From: Camelus ferus
Taxonomy: Eukaryota
Assembly (NCBI RefSeq): GCF_009834535.1
Contig: NC_045696.1
Span: 94,366,001-94,430,000, forward strand
Length of the DNA: 64,000 bases
Direction: 5' to 3'
The notes beneath the pieces were generated by a model, which saw nothing but the letters and a program-made list of their open reading frames with translations, ran no database searches and was not told where the DNA came from. Shown one piece after another: positions 49,560-62,700 of this stretch; positions within the stretch are counted from its first letter, which is position 1, and each line of letters opens with the position of its first letter. A program made the position numbers and the translations under genes.

Positions 49560-49780
49560 GACAGTATAATATAGCAGAAAGAGCACATGCTTAAAGTCAT
49601 GTAGACCTCAAGTCATTCCCCACCTTAACCTCCTTATATTGTGTGATGTTGGAGAACGAACTTAAATTCTGATTCTCAGGTTTTTTCCACTTGTAAAATA
49701 AGCATAAATATCCCCAGCCGACAATAAATATCACACAATTAAACATGGCAGAATGAAAAAGTACATATAGTAGCAAGCAC
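49560..49780 (+). mobile_element. MIR SINE (degenerate)
   Basis: cagtataatatagcagaaagagcacatgctt...ctcaggttttttccacttgtaaaata. Confidence 0.6.
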
Positions 49781-52700
49781 CAGGGCCAGCTCAGGAAACC
49801 CACAAGTAAGCCACTAATCCTACCAGCTGGTGGGTAGAGGGTTTTGTTCACATTATCACAGTCAGTCCTTGAAACAAGCCTGTGAGGTAGGTTGCAGTAA
49901 TTTATCTTGGAGGTAAGGAAATTAGAATTTTGGGAGCTTAATACAAACAAGGGTTCATTCACTTCTCCCTTTCCCGTTGGAACACTGAGTAGATTTTATT
50001 AGCTTCAAGAGTACTGTGAGAATAGTCTATTGGTGCATCTGTGGTTTTCCTCCGACAAGACGTAAAACTGAAGAAAGCTGTTAAGTAGATTTAGTAGAAA
50101 TCCAATCTACAAAATGTTCTGTTTCGTTTTAATTTAGGGCAGCGTGCATTTTGTGTGTATAATGTGGATTACATTAGCTATTCAATTTATATCTTCAACA
50201 TACATGGGTAGGTTACTTTGCATTTTGGTGCTTGTCTCTCCAGTTGTATAGATTTGGAAATCACTCATCAGTCTACTCGACATCTTAAAGACTGAAAGCA
50301 ATTGTAAAATTCACTAAAATTATTTTGGAAATAGATATGATAGTCAGTGTTTTGTCCATTCTGGAAAAGATCCAGAAGTTAAGAGAAATATGACATGGAG
50401 AAAATAATGGAATAGCTGAAAATCTGTACAAAGAAAGACACACATTTGTTTAGATTTAATTTATGTCATTAAAGTCATTAGTTTTAAGAGGAGTGTTTTC
50501 ATTTCTCTGCCTGTTCATAACGATGCCAGCAGGTGTGATATTAAGTGGGAGTGGATTCTCTGATTTTAAGCTTCTCAAGATAATGTACAAACGTTTGTCC
50601 CTGGAGGTACCTTTGATATGCTCTGGGGCACACTCTTCATAGACGAGGACACTGGGACTCAGAGAACAGAAGTGTCATTCCAAGACCACTCCATCAATAA
50701 GGGATAGAACAGAAAAAGAGCCAGGGCTCCGGCCACCTACCCCTTCTTGTTTGCTTTCCTATACCCTACAAAATTTCTCAATAAAATCAAATCTATGAAT
50801 CTTGGACTCAAGGCAGGCTTGTAACTGTCCAGGACAATAGTAGAAAAGTGTGATGAGCAGTGCCGAACTGGTGAGATACCAAATGAGGCCTTTCTTCATC
50901 TTAGGGGGAAAAACACCTGGGAAAAAAAATTCCACTAACGGCTTCCAAATGCCCTGAGAAGCACCTCTTGACTCTTGACAGGCACAGATAAGATGTACAA
51001 CATTTATAAGACACCGAAAATTCAGGGGGTTTTTCAGAATTAGCCTGGAGGTTAAAGACCTCTAGATGTTGGCCAAAAAAGTGAGTTAACACAGATTGGA
51101 AGGTGAACGTCTTGCTATTTAAAGGTTGCCCAGGTAGAATCAGATGCTTGGTTTTGCCCCCCATTGGCCTTTGAATCCTTCAGGAAAGAGACTGAGCTTT
51201 CTTGTTTTCTAACAGTCAAGGCTTAGCATAATGTTTTTTTTTGCCACAGTGCCTAATAATTAATTACGGATTAAAGAAATGTCAATTGCCTCTAACACAG
51301 AGGTGGACTGTGTTAGAAATTATCCCAACAAATGATAAGATCACAGCTGTTTATTAGGATGCTTTCAACCATCACAACATTCAGCCTTTTGGCCTTTTCC
51401 ATAGATAAACCTCTGTCCCAGAGGCCATGGGTATAACTCCTCACTGAGGTGCTTCCAAGCTGTCCTCTTTTTTCTGAATAATCAATGTCCCCCTGTGAGG
51501 AGTCAGAAAAAATTCTAGGCTTCTGCAAGTTTACAAATATTTCAAGAAACTTCAATATATCAGATTCCAAATTTTAAACTGCTGAATTGTGCGTGTGAAA
51601 AATAATTATTTTCCAATACTATTTTCCAGGTGATTCATTTAAAAATGACTTTGTCTAATGTGATGGTGTGTGAATAAGAATACAAGTCCTCAGGGCAGGC
51701 CTGGGAAGAATCCTGTACGTGGACTTTTAATAAGCCCCCTGGGAATCTGATGTATTTATTCTTAATACATTAAAAATGTATGATCCAACACACTTATATT
51801 TAAGGAGGCATCCATTGTATGGAAAGCTTTTCTTCTTTTTCTTTGTCCATTTCATAGCATCAAATCTTCCTCTCTAATTTAAAATATTCTTCCCTGACAA
51901 CCATGTACCGTCAAAGCTTTAAGAGTTCATTGCTGTTTGATTTTAGAAAATCGGATGTACAAATGCAAGTTTGATTATACTAAGTAAGGAAAAAAATTGT
52001 ATTAATGTTACTATTAAGATGGTTGTCAAAGACAACTGACCTTAAAAATCATGATATTACAAATGAAACCAGACAAACAGTCCCTTGAGAAAAAACAAGA
52101 GCAACAGAGGGAGAAACCTTGGGCTTATGTGGCCACAAAGTCAAAGTGAGATTTCCTGAATGTCAAAGCAATGAAGCAGGCTGTAACGTTTTTATTGTGA
52201 AAAGATTATCAGGGATCAGCCTGTATATTGGCCAGAATGACATAATTTCCTTTGACCATTGAGTTCTTTAGGCCAAACATGTCAGTAACTGCTCTATGCA
52301 AGTACTATGGGGGAGGATTATTATTAAAAGGATTTTTAAAAATATATTACCTGTTTTGAGATAGAAATACACTCATGTCTAAAACAATCATTGTCTAGTA
52401 TCATTGCTATTACTGTTTTCTGATATTGCTCCTTGCTTCTGATACTGTTCTGAAAGCTACTCTTTACATTTATCCTGGGCATTTAAAGTAAGTCAGGGAA
52501 TTTTTATAACCCTAGATTATAATGACATTTGTCATTACTCATGGCTTGTGTTGCGTGAATATAAAAGTCACCCTCAGGGAATGTGGGAACAGGTGAAATA
52601 AAACATCAGAGTTTTGAGGTCTCGGGAAAAAAAGATATATGAATTCCAAGCTTTGTTGTCATTAAGTAGCATCATAACGTATACTAAAATTGCATGTAAA

Positions 52701-53329
52701 ATAGGGCAGTGTAGTTAACATTTATCATTAACAGAATTCCAAAGCAGATTTTTCAAAATATGATTTTTCACTCATTAGGTAAAAGACAAAATGTTCTCGG
52801 TAGAAGGCAGCAGAGAGCTCAGAGAGACTGGCATCTTTTATTTTGTTTTCGTAGCTTGTATTTCTAATTAGCCTTGTAAGAAGGGAATCTTGCTTGCAAC
52901 TTGAAAACATTTATCACACATTTATCTGAGCATGACAGAGGCTTGTGAACTAGTGATAGCAGAATTGGGTAGATTCATACCTGGCTGAACGACTTGCTGG
53001 ACTCTGCCTTTGACTTTTTCTTGAATTATCTCATTATCTAATTGACAAATCACAGAAAATGGAAATGGATATCTTATTCATTCATTGACAAAATCTGAGG
53101 CCAACAGTTTTCAACAATCTGAAACAATAGAGGTTTAATAGCTTGAAACCTACAGGATATATACAAAAACTTCTACTTGAAGTTCACCTGAAGAAGAGCA
53201 GGATGGAGATACCATTTTTTAGCACAATGTGCACCAGGAGCAAAAGAGTTCTACTATGCAGTTTGTAAAAGTTTTTGCTGCCCTAGGCTACAGAAGCAGA
53301 AGGAAAAGGAGCTTGATTGTCTTGTTACA

Positions 53330-53680
53330 GCATTTTGGAACTTCACCTTTTATACTTTATCAGTGTTGGGCATCAGACCCAGGAAGCAAGTATCAGACTT
53401 GAGTATATGCAAATAAGAATGGCTAGGGTGGTAGGTGAAACCCAAATTGTTTCACAGTGTAAATGGCTGAAAGAATTGGGGATACTTGAGTGGGAATGAA
53501 TGAATGTGATACTGTAAATGTGGAACTGGACTTCCTTCAATATGCCCTAGTAGTGGGCAGATCTAGGGTTCAAGGGCAAATGCTAAAGGGTGGATTCTAG
53601 TTCAACAGAAGGCAAAAATTTTAAAAGATTTGATGTAATTGAATAGGGCAACTCAAGTTGTTGTTCAAGAAAATATTAGA
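53330..53680 (+). mobile_element. L3/CR1 LINE fragment
   Basis: agacttgagtatatgcaaataagaatggctagggtgg...ggctgaaagaattgggga...gggcagatctaggg matches CR1 RT 3' region. Confidence 0.65.
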
Positions 53681-54589
53681 CTCAAAATGGTGGAGACGAT
53701 AGCACTGAATCATCACATCAAATAAGGCTGTAGATTAGATCCCTGGGTTTTTTAACTGCGCCCTCTGGAGTATTCACGTTCAAGGTGCACCTGTGGAAGT
53801 GTTGGAGGATGGGAGATATTTCCTGGGTAGATGCCTCGGGCTCACAGTCCACTTCTGTTTGTTTGGATTTCGGTTCCTTACAAGAATGTTTTTTTTTTTT
53901 TTCCTAAGCTAAAGTTTCCATGGTTGAAAAAAAGAGAAAAGGAAAATGATTAGATGATAATTTATCTCTTCTAGACTTCGGATTCCACCTTGTTGCAACA
54001 ACTGAGATAGTGTTTTTTAAAAAAATCTGAAAAAGATACCTCTTTAGAGAGTTTCAGAAAATTATTACATCTCCAAGTTTGTGCACCCAGCATGCTCAAA
54101 ACCTCTCTCTCTCTCATAAGGAAGTATGCATTTTAAGAACCCTCATCACTCAGGGCTGAGTATTTTCTTTGCTGATTTGTCTCATATATGACTATGATCC
54201 TCCTGCTTGTTTAAAAAAATTTGTTTTACAGTTCAAATGTCCTTTTAAATGAACTTTATGTAAAATTAAGCTAAATATCAAACACCCAGTTATCCCTCCA
54301 GGGTAATCAGGAGAGCTGCTTTCCTCCAATCATCAGTCTAGTTCCAGGTCACCAGGTACAGAGTCAATCCAAGGAGGGACTCAGGTGAACCCAAAGCTCA
54401 GAGTAAATCCTTTTAGGTCAAGACTGTGTGTGGATATGTATCTCCGCATTTAAAGCTAAAATACCCCCACTTAATTGTATCTGTTGTAACATTCTGTCTA
54501 AAGTCAATAACAAAAGAAAGAAATTATTATACAGTTATCAAAAATGGAATCAATCATGTGAAAGGTGTGTCAGTCCCTAAAAGCACATG

Positions 54590-54850
54590 CTTTCAGCAAA
54601 TACTTACTGAGCACCTTTCATCTGTCAGACGTGGTTCTAAGTCCGACAGACACACATAACCTTATGAAGGTTATATTCTAACAGGGAAATTCAGACAGTA
54701 TACAAGTAAACATGTCAGGTGGTAACAGGTGCTATTGAGAAAGTCAATGGGTGGAGAACCGTGGGGGCTGCTGTTTTCTATAGATGTAGGAAAAAATAAG
54801 GTCAACAAGCAACAGCAAAGAGTGCCTGCGTCAGGATGCTTGTGTGGGAA
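54590..54850 (-). mobile_element. L2 3' fragment
   Basis: ttcagcaaatacttactgagcacct...ggttatattctaacaggga. Confidence 0.7.
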
Positions 54851-57800
54851 GAGTAGGTGGCCCGTTTCCATAATGCTCAGGCCTCAAAGATTTCGTGTCG
54901 AGCACGTGCCAGCTGCTGCTTTAGCAGCTCTCTTCCTTCACTGTGCATCTTTTGTTTTGTGGTTTGGTTTCCTTTTGACTTCCTGGAGATACCCAGGGTT
55001 CTGCAGGACTATGTTACCTGCAACTCCCCCAGCCCCTCCACTGAGTGAGCTTTTGCTAAAATAGCTCTAAAATGGTTTTACTTCTCTTCTTCTTAGCCCA
55101 CAAACATGCTTTTTCTTCAAAATTCTTTTCCAGTCTATATACATTTTTCTGCTGAAGAACATTCACTCTCATATCTTCACTTTTTTATAAACATGTTAAC
55201 TCTGTCACTGATGTATATGACCTTATTTATTTTTTCTTTCTCTACATAATAAAATAGTAATGAACAGCTAAGGACAGCATCTGCTTCCTTAAGAAAGGAC
55301 TGGAGATAAAATTTGTTTTTCACATTTTTACTAATTTTTTTAAAAAAATGATAAATCCAAGAAATGCTCTGTATATCATAGGGGAAAAATGTATTCGTTT
55401 GAATTTTTCAATTAATCTCTTCAAACAAATATTACATTGTATTGATTAAGAAATTATATAGAGAATGATTGTCATTAGGGAAAAGTTGCATAAGTATAAA
55501 AACAAGTTGTATAAATAATATCATTGCTTAAAGTATAAAGTAGATTGTTGGTAAGGTTTATATTAGACTGTGGAACAGACACCAGAGTTATATGTAACAT
55601 TTCCAGTTTTTAAATAAAGAAGCGTATAATGACCTCTCTCCTCCCACATCTTGTTAAATGCTTTTGACTGTGGTGTCTCTGTCCAGCAAGCATATGTTAT
55701 TTTAATTTTTAAGCATCTGGAAAAGGTGAAGGGACAAAGAGATGATATGGGAGCCTTTTCTTAAGAGTTAGAGGGCATTTGAAAATATGTTAAAGCATAA
55801 TCAGGAATGTGTTACTACAGAGTGGATTTAAAGATCCCATTCAGTTGTTAGAGTCTTATAAAATGTGTTTTGTTGCTGTTGGCTTATTACTGATACTTAA
55901 GTATTTTATGATTCCAGATTCATTCTTCTGCGTTACTATGAAAATATCTTTGGATGGTTAACACATCAATCTTTGTATATCTATTAGAAATAAGAGTTAA
56001 TGTTATGATTTATAGTGTGTACTGTGCACTCACAAATAGCCCTGTATTATGTCTAATTTTGAATCAGTTGACTTTGACCTAGATTCACACCTGAATTTCA
56101 GGGCATTAAAAAAAGAATCAGTAGGTTAAAAGCCACTTGAGGAGGTAACATACTGAGAGGAAAGAGCTCTGAAAAATAGATAAAATTAAAAAGAAGGACC
56201 TTTGGGTTAGGCCTGCCATGTCATTGAGGTGATTCACTGTCATTTCAGGCAACTCAGTGAAGGCCTCTGGAGCACCGTCCCTCGTGGGTGTCAATCCAGA
56301 GTGACAACTGTGAATGCCTCGGAGACCAAGTAAGTGTGGAAGTGGCCAGGGTGAGACAAAAATGGGGGGAACCCTGGTGAACTGGAGACACATGGCCTTC
56401 CCAAAGGTATGAAGCTCAAAATTTTGAAACCTGGTGATAGCTGTGGTATCCCTTTTAACTCAAACACTCCGTGCATTTGTGCTGGGTTCTCAAACCAAGT
56501 CAACATGTGTTTATGAGGTATCTGAAGTATGAAACCTTGCTGTGACTTGAGAGAGACAGCATGAAATTGAGTAATGGTTTCTGCTTTTGCAGTGTACAGT
56601 TTAGCTAAAGAGATCAAACAGGGCAAGGGGATAAAGAGGATAGTTTTTCAAGTGTCAGGGAAAACACACTAATTATTTAACAAAACATAAGTGTGTATCC
56701 TCTCAAAAACCGTGGGCACATGTCACCAAGCGCTGGAGGCATTTTAGGAATGGAAATACCCTCTAGCCTGAAGGGCTGAGGAAAGACTTCCCTGAAGAGG
56801 TGAAGTTCAAGACTCGGGTGTAAGATCTGGACTGGGACGGCACAGGGCGGCTTCCCAAGAAAGGAGTTTAACTTCTGGGAGACCTGCTGTAAGCACTATT
56901 AAGAGTCTGGCTTTTTTGTTTCTTGGTTCATGTTAGTGGTGGATTCTTATTAGGAAAATGAGTGGTAAAATTATCACTTAGACTCTTCAGAGTATTCTGA
57001 TATCAACCAAGCATTTGGTTGTGGTGTATACATTTTGGCGTTGAAAATGGAAACTTTTGCACAGATTTACTTAGTTAATAAACACATTCATTTGATCACA
57101 ACAAACTAAATGTATCACCATTGTATTTGCATCTTTATCCCACTAAGCATCTGTTTTCTCTACACTGTTGTCTCTAGTTATAATCTTTCTTTCTTCAGCA
57201 AAACATCTTTCACCACTGTCTCCAAATGCCAGGAAATGCAGGATGATGAAGCAGGATGTGTCCAGAGAGATGATGTAATGACTAACACTGGTATTAGGCT
57301 TTTTCATTTGCAGTGCTTTTCACATGCATTTGAAACATTTATTCCTTTAAGGAATTCCATAGCATAAGTTGTATCCTTCATATTACAACAGAAGAAGATT
57401 CAAAAGAGAAGACATTTTCATGTCTATTAAGTGTGATTAACACAGTCGAGCACACAGTAGGATTGCTATAGAAAGCATTACAGTTAGACCTGGAAGATAG
57501 CATAGTCCATTACCTCTCTTGTCATTCATTTATTCACTTAGTACTTATTGAGCACTTCCAACTTCCCAGTTAAGTTACAAGCACTGTTTTAAGTTACACA
57601 GTAGTAAGCAAGACAGACAAGGTTATTATTACTTTCTACACTCTATAAAGGAAATCTGCTCATAGTTTACTTATCTTAGGACTCAGACCTTTGGATTTCC
57701 AAGCTGTGTTCTTTCCCCTATACTGACTGTATCCACACAAGTATTTGGTTGAATACTTCTGATGCTAGCTCAAGAATCACTTTGATCCAGGGAAGATAAA

Positions 57801-59665
57801 ATAAATGTTCCTAAAATAAGGTGAGATCTCCAAAATACGAGTTGAATACAGATAAAACAAAAATCACAAGATGTTTATGATGGGGGTAAATGCTCAGGGC
57901 AATTCTCGCTGCCAAGAATGGATCTTATTTTGTTTTCATGGTTGTTGTGTGACCAAAAATCTATGTACTCAGATGCATTTTGCTCTTTGTTAGCCTCCCA
58001 TTATGTTACACCTCTGTTTAACTTGGGAGCCCTATGTTACAGAAAGGTGTACTGCAAGAAGAAAGAGGACTGTGAATAAGGTACAAATATAAGAAATAAA
58101 GGTGCCTTTTGTTTGTGTATACAACTGCCTTTCACAGCAATGATACTGCATACATCTTTGTCATCATTTCACGGCAATAATATAATGGGAGGCAAATATT
58201 ATTACTCAAACTTAAATGACAAAATTATCTTAAATATTACTAAGGCTCACCTAGGGATTGTTTCTCCTGAATAAGCATATAGAAAAGACACTTTATTCCA
58301 GTTACTCTAGAAAGATCACACCTGGTGCTAAACGCATGGTTCAAGAACCACGGTGCATTAGCGTAGCAGTTAGGTTATTAATCATGGATGTCAAGTCCTT
58401 TCTGCTAATTAACCTTAATTGAGCTCTCTGTTATGGAAGCACCATTTCCAATGAAGCAACTTAGCAGTAATACCAAAATAACAGCATGGTAAAACCCAGG
58501 ATTAACACTGCTTTCTGTACTTGAATACCAATGCCTAATGCACTTTGCTGTAGTACAAAATCTTATATCTTCTATCAAAGTTTAAAAATTACGTAGAGTG
58601 AAAACTGGTAGAATAAATATAAAATTTGCATAAGAAAATGACTTAGGAAAGCATTTTTGATACAACATATGTGTCTGTATTTTATATTAAAGCAACTAGA
58701 ATATGCCATTTATAATACAAAACTTTTTTTACAGATTCCAAGATTAAAATCTCATATTATCCATTAGTTAATGTGACTGTAAACTTAGTCATGCTTGAAA
58801 CTAAATCTTTATTTCATTTATGTTCAGTATTATTTTCAATAGTACCACAATATGTCCATTAGAATAGAATTCTGCAATAGGCAGCTTTATTAATCTGCCT
58901 GGAGAAATGCAGTGCAATTAATTCTAAATTTGATAACAAGCAAGCAGTTCAAATGTTCAATAGGTTATTTATTAAAAAGAAAATCAAAAAGAAATAAGCT
59001 TTACTGCCAATGAACAGAATGCTTGGATTTAAAAATGGCCAGAAGGCTACTGGTATTAATAAGCTTTGTCAAATTCGTTTTCAGACATGCATGGAGGAGT
59101 TTGTACTATTTTTTTGTTCATGTCACAGTGTCTGTCAAGAGAAGAGCTCAGATACCTTGGGGAAAGCTTTCTGATGTGCAAGTATTTGAAAATAAAAAGG
59201 CAAAGACAGACATTTAGCTGATTCACAAAGGAACGGAAACCCCTGAAGAATCTTGAGAAAAATTAAAGCAGTAACAATGAAAGTGTTAGGAGAAGGTTTA
59301 ACCATTGACATAAATTTGGGCAAGAACAACAAATACAAATATTGGTGATAAAAGTGCTAGAAACTAAAGTTTAAATTAGCATGAATAAGGGTTTACACAG
59401 TACGAATGAGGCAACCCAGGTCATGAGTGTATGTATCTCACGGACCGTTCGTTGACGCTGTATTTAGAGCTAGAATGTAAACATCAAACAAGTGGCCCAA
59501 TTTCACTAGCTAGTAACACACATTGTCAACAACGTTTGACCATAGGATCTTGATGAATATGATAGAACACTCCTCTAGGCACCTGAAACTTGGGTTCAGA
59601 TAATAGTTCTGCCATGTAACAGGTGGGTAACTAGGGACAAATTACTTAAGATCCTTATCTTTCAC

Positions 59666-59867
59666 CCACGATATCCAGTAGATCTTTCTGTGATGACGTC
59701 AGTGTTGTACACGTGTGCTGTCCAGTGAGGCAGCCACTAGCCACACGTGGCTCTGGAGCTCTTGACAGCTGGCCAGTGCAACAGAGGCACTGAATTTTTC
59801 ATTTTAGTTACTGTAATTAATTTAAAGAGCCACAGATGGCTAGGGTCTACTAAATTGGACAGCACAG
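59666..59867 (+). mobile_element. MER3 hAT-Charlie MITE inserted in a MIR
   Basis: tccagtagatctttctgtgatga...gcagccactagccacacgtggct...aaattggacagcacag; MIR pieces at 59560-59665 and 59868-59910. Confidence 0.85.
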
Positions 59868-59914
59868 GACAGCCTCAGGTGGTTTCTTCTGTGAAATGGC
59901 AATGGTAATAAATC

Positions 59915-60480
59915 TGATTCAAATACGATGCTTCCAGTTGCAAGGGAGAGAAAACTCTGCTCAGAATTTAGACAATAAAGGAAATGTTACTGGCTCCTTT
60001 TCACTGAGAAGTCCAAGAGTGGGAAGTGTTGAGCAGAGTTCAATCAGGGCATCTCTATTTTTCCCCCAGTACTCTTGCTTTCCCTTTGTTTTTGTGTCTG
60101 GCCCCTGCCCTTATGCTGGCTTCACTGATGGTCGCAGTCTGGCTGCTGGAAGCAGCAGGAGTTGTGCACTTCTCATTCATGTCAGTAGGAGAGTGAGGAA
60201 GAGCACTGCCTCCCACATCCACTTAAAAGACCTGGGCTTTGCTCTGACAAAATCAGTCTGAAACAGATCAGCAGATCCAGGACGAAGGCTGTGTGTTGCT
60301 TGGCTTGTACCTGGTTTCCTGCCCATCCCCAAACTAATTACTTGGCAAGCATAAGGAGATTTTTGATGAATGTGGGAACTAAAGGTTGAATTGGGAGAAA
60401 TGGTGTTTTCTCAAAGAGAATCTGGAAGCTATTAGGCAGTAGGAAGATAGGGAATGAATGCTGGATAGGTGGCTGATCAT
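59915..60480 (-). mobile_element. Old MLT1 (L/M/N-like) MaLR LTR
   Basis: ccagttgcaagggagagaaaactc...aaaggaaatgttactggctc...ggaagatagggaatgaatgctggatagg. Confidence 0.6.
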
Positions 60481-61299
60481 TTTAATGTAATCAGTGGCAT
60501 GTGGATAAACCACCTAACAGCGTCTAATATGTCATACGCCTGGTTCACATACCACCCTCTGCCCGTGTACCCTAGGCAACTATCTCAACCCTTCCGTGTC
60601 TTAGTGTTCTTACATGGGAATAGGTGACTGTTAGGTTCCTTCCAGCACTTAAAAATCTGTTAATGTTGGAATGTAACCTCAGGGCATAGGAATAGGTGTG
60701 TCAAAGGAAGGTTAATTTCATTGGAAGGCAGTGAATGGCTACAGCCAACAAAATACAATTGGGTGCCCTGGAACCACTCCATGGAGGTGGCCCAGGTGAC
60801 AGTCTGTCAGCAAATAGAGGAAAGATGATTTACTGTGCCCATGTCTCAGGTTCAGCTTCCAGTCCTATCTCTGTTACCCTCAAGCAGATGAACAGATAAT
60901 AACAACCAATAGCATGTAGCCTTTAGCTCAATGATGTGAGAGACTCATCTGAGGCCTGCCCCTGAAAATTGAAATTTAATTTTCTAGACAGGGATGCAGG
61001 CATATTTTTTTTAAGTGCTTTTAATGTGTAGCAGTAGTTGAAAAGTACTACTCAAGTGATTTTCAGATAAACAGGAAGTGGAATCAGGGGCCTATGCAAC
61101 ACTATTCGGTGTCTAGTAGCAGGCTGTAATTAAATGATGTGAAGATAAGATAGCAAATAACTAACGTTAGAACTATGCAAAATTTCTTCAGTGGAAGGAT
61201 GAAGAGCACAAAAATAAATACTTTTTTAAAATCTGGAAAAAAAACCACAGATAACTGTTTCTCACTCTCAAGATTTTAAAATATCATGAATTCTATAAG

Positions 61300-62700
61300 A
61301 GATGAAGATTTGATATTTTGTTAGCAGAACTAAGGTAAGAAATTATGGAGGAAAATGAAGCCATAGCAGCTATTAAAACCAAATTAGAAGTCAGAGAGAG
61401 CAGATCTGGCAGAAAATCAAGTCAATAACATGCAAGAAGTATTTAAAAAGAACAGCAGAGAAGACAGAGAAAAAGCACCACGATGGAAGTTACTAGAAAA
61501 GATGAGATTGGGAGAACAAACAGTGCATGTACATGGAGGGAACATAGTAACATTTGTTAGTATAGACGATGATTTTCATTAAATGAAAGAAAGTGTAACT
61601 CCTCAGGTTTTGTAGGTCCACCGTGTGCCAGAAAAAAAAGATTTAAAAATTGCGAATAATGAATCATATCCTTGTTAATTTCATTATATTTCAAAGATAA
61701 CCAAAAAACCTTAAAGTCCATGTACCTTTTCTCTATTATATTTCCATTTGCCTAGGCTGATATCTTGTAATACATAGCTATTTGATGAATATTTGTTGAA
61801 TAAACAAATTTTTTAAAAAGGTTTATTAGTAAAATCACTTATTCTAAAATATTAGATTACTAAAGATAATGATGCACTTTTCCAATTTTGTAGGAGCTGA
61901 GTCATCTATAAATTTATCTAGAAATTTTATTCCCACATTTATAGAAAGAACTACATTTTCAAATAGTGTACATTCATATTTACTATTAGTGTACTCTATA
62001 CATGTATAGTGTTAACCCATGCACTTTTTTGTACACATGAATTTAAAGATCTAAAGAGAAAATTAAAATACATAATTATGATTAAAATAAGTCCTATGAT
62101 CAGAGAAAGAAATAAATAGGAGGACATTCTGTACAATTATTTTTTGATCATACTAACAAGTATCTCCACTTTATTAACAATTTAAAGGAATTGCTATTTT
62201 ATCAATTAATTTTTAAATATTTTTTCCATTTCACCATAATTCTGCTGTCCTTAGGTGAATCTTCTGTTCTTTATCAAACTTCTTAAAAAATTGATTTTAT
62301 TTTAATCATTCCTTTTTTCTTCTGTGTAAACTTTGTCTCATCTCATAGGTTTTGATAAGGAACATTTTTATACTTCACTTGGCTTTGGGGGTTTTTGTTT
62401 TGTTTTGTTTTTATTTAATAAGTAGATATTCCATTCACACTTACTATAATGAGGAAAATATTTGGCATTAGTTTGATTATTGGTATTTTTGTTTTTTTCT
62501 TTTTATGGTTCTGAAGTATTCCCTTTATACTCTTTTGTTCTATGATCTGTGTTTGCTCAGTTACACCTCACCCCTAGTAATTTGGAGTATATTAATTCTG
62601 TTATTTGTTTTATTATTAGTTGTTTTTCTACATCATAGTGATGTACTTTCTCAATTTACTGGGTTCTAGCAACAACTAGTCTATTGATTCTCTTCCATGG
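61300..62700. mobile_element. HAL1/ancient L1 ORF1-like remnant, plus piece (61300-62100) followed by probable minus piece
   Basis: A-rich ORF1-like run gaaaatcaagtcaataacatgcaag, gtccaccgtgtgccagaaaaa, catatccttgttaa; abrupt switch to T-rich strand at ~62130. Confidence 0.45.

Noticed and set aside
51313..51570. 85-aa minus-strand ORF with protein-like composition
   Set aside because: Non-ATG start, no recognisable family, no convincing splice signals
58326..58363. Imperfect hairpin tgctaaacgcatggtt-caag-aaccacggtgcattagcg
   Set aside because: Too short and bulged for a pre-miRNA; could be chance or a MITE remnant
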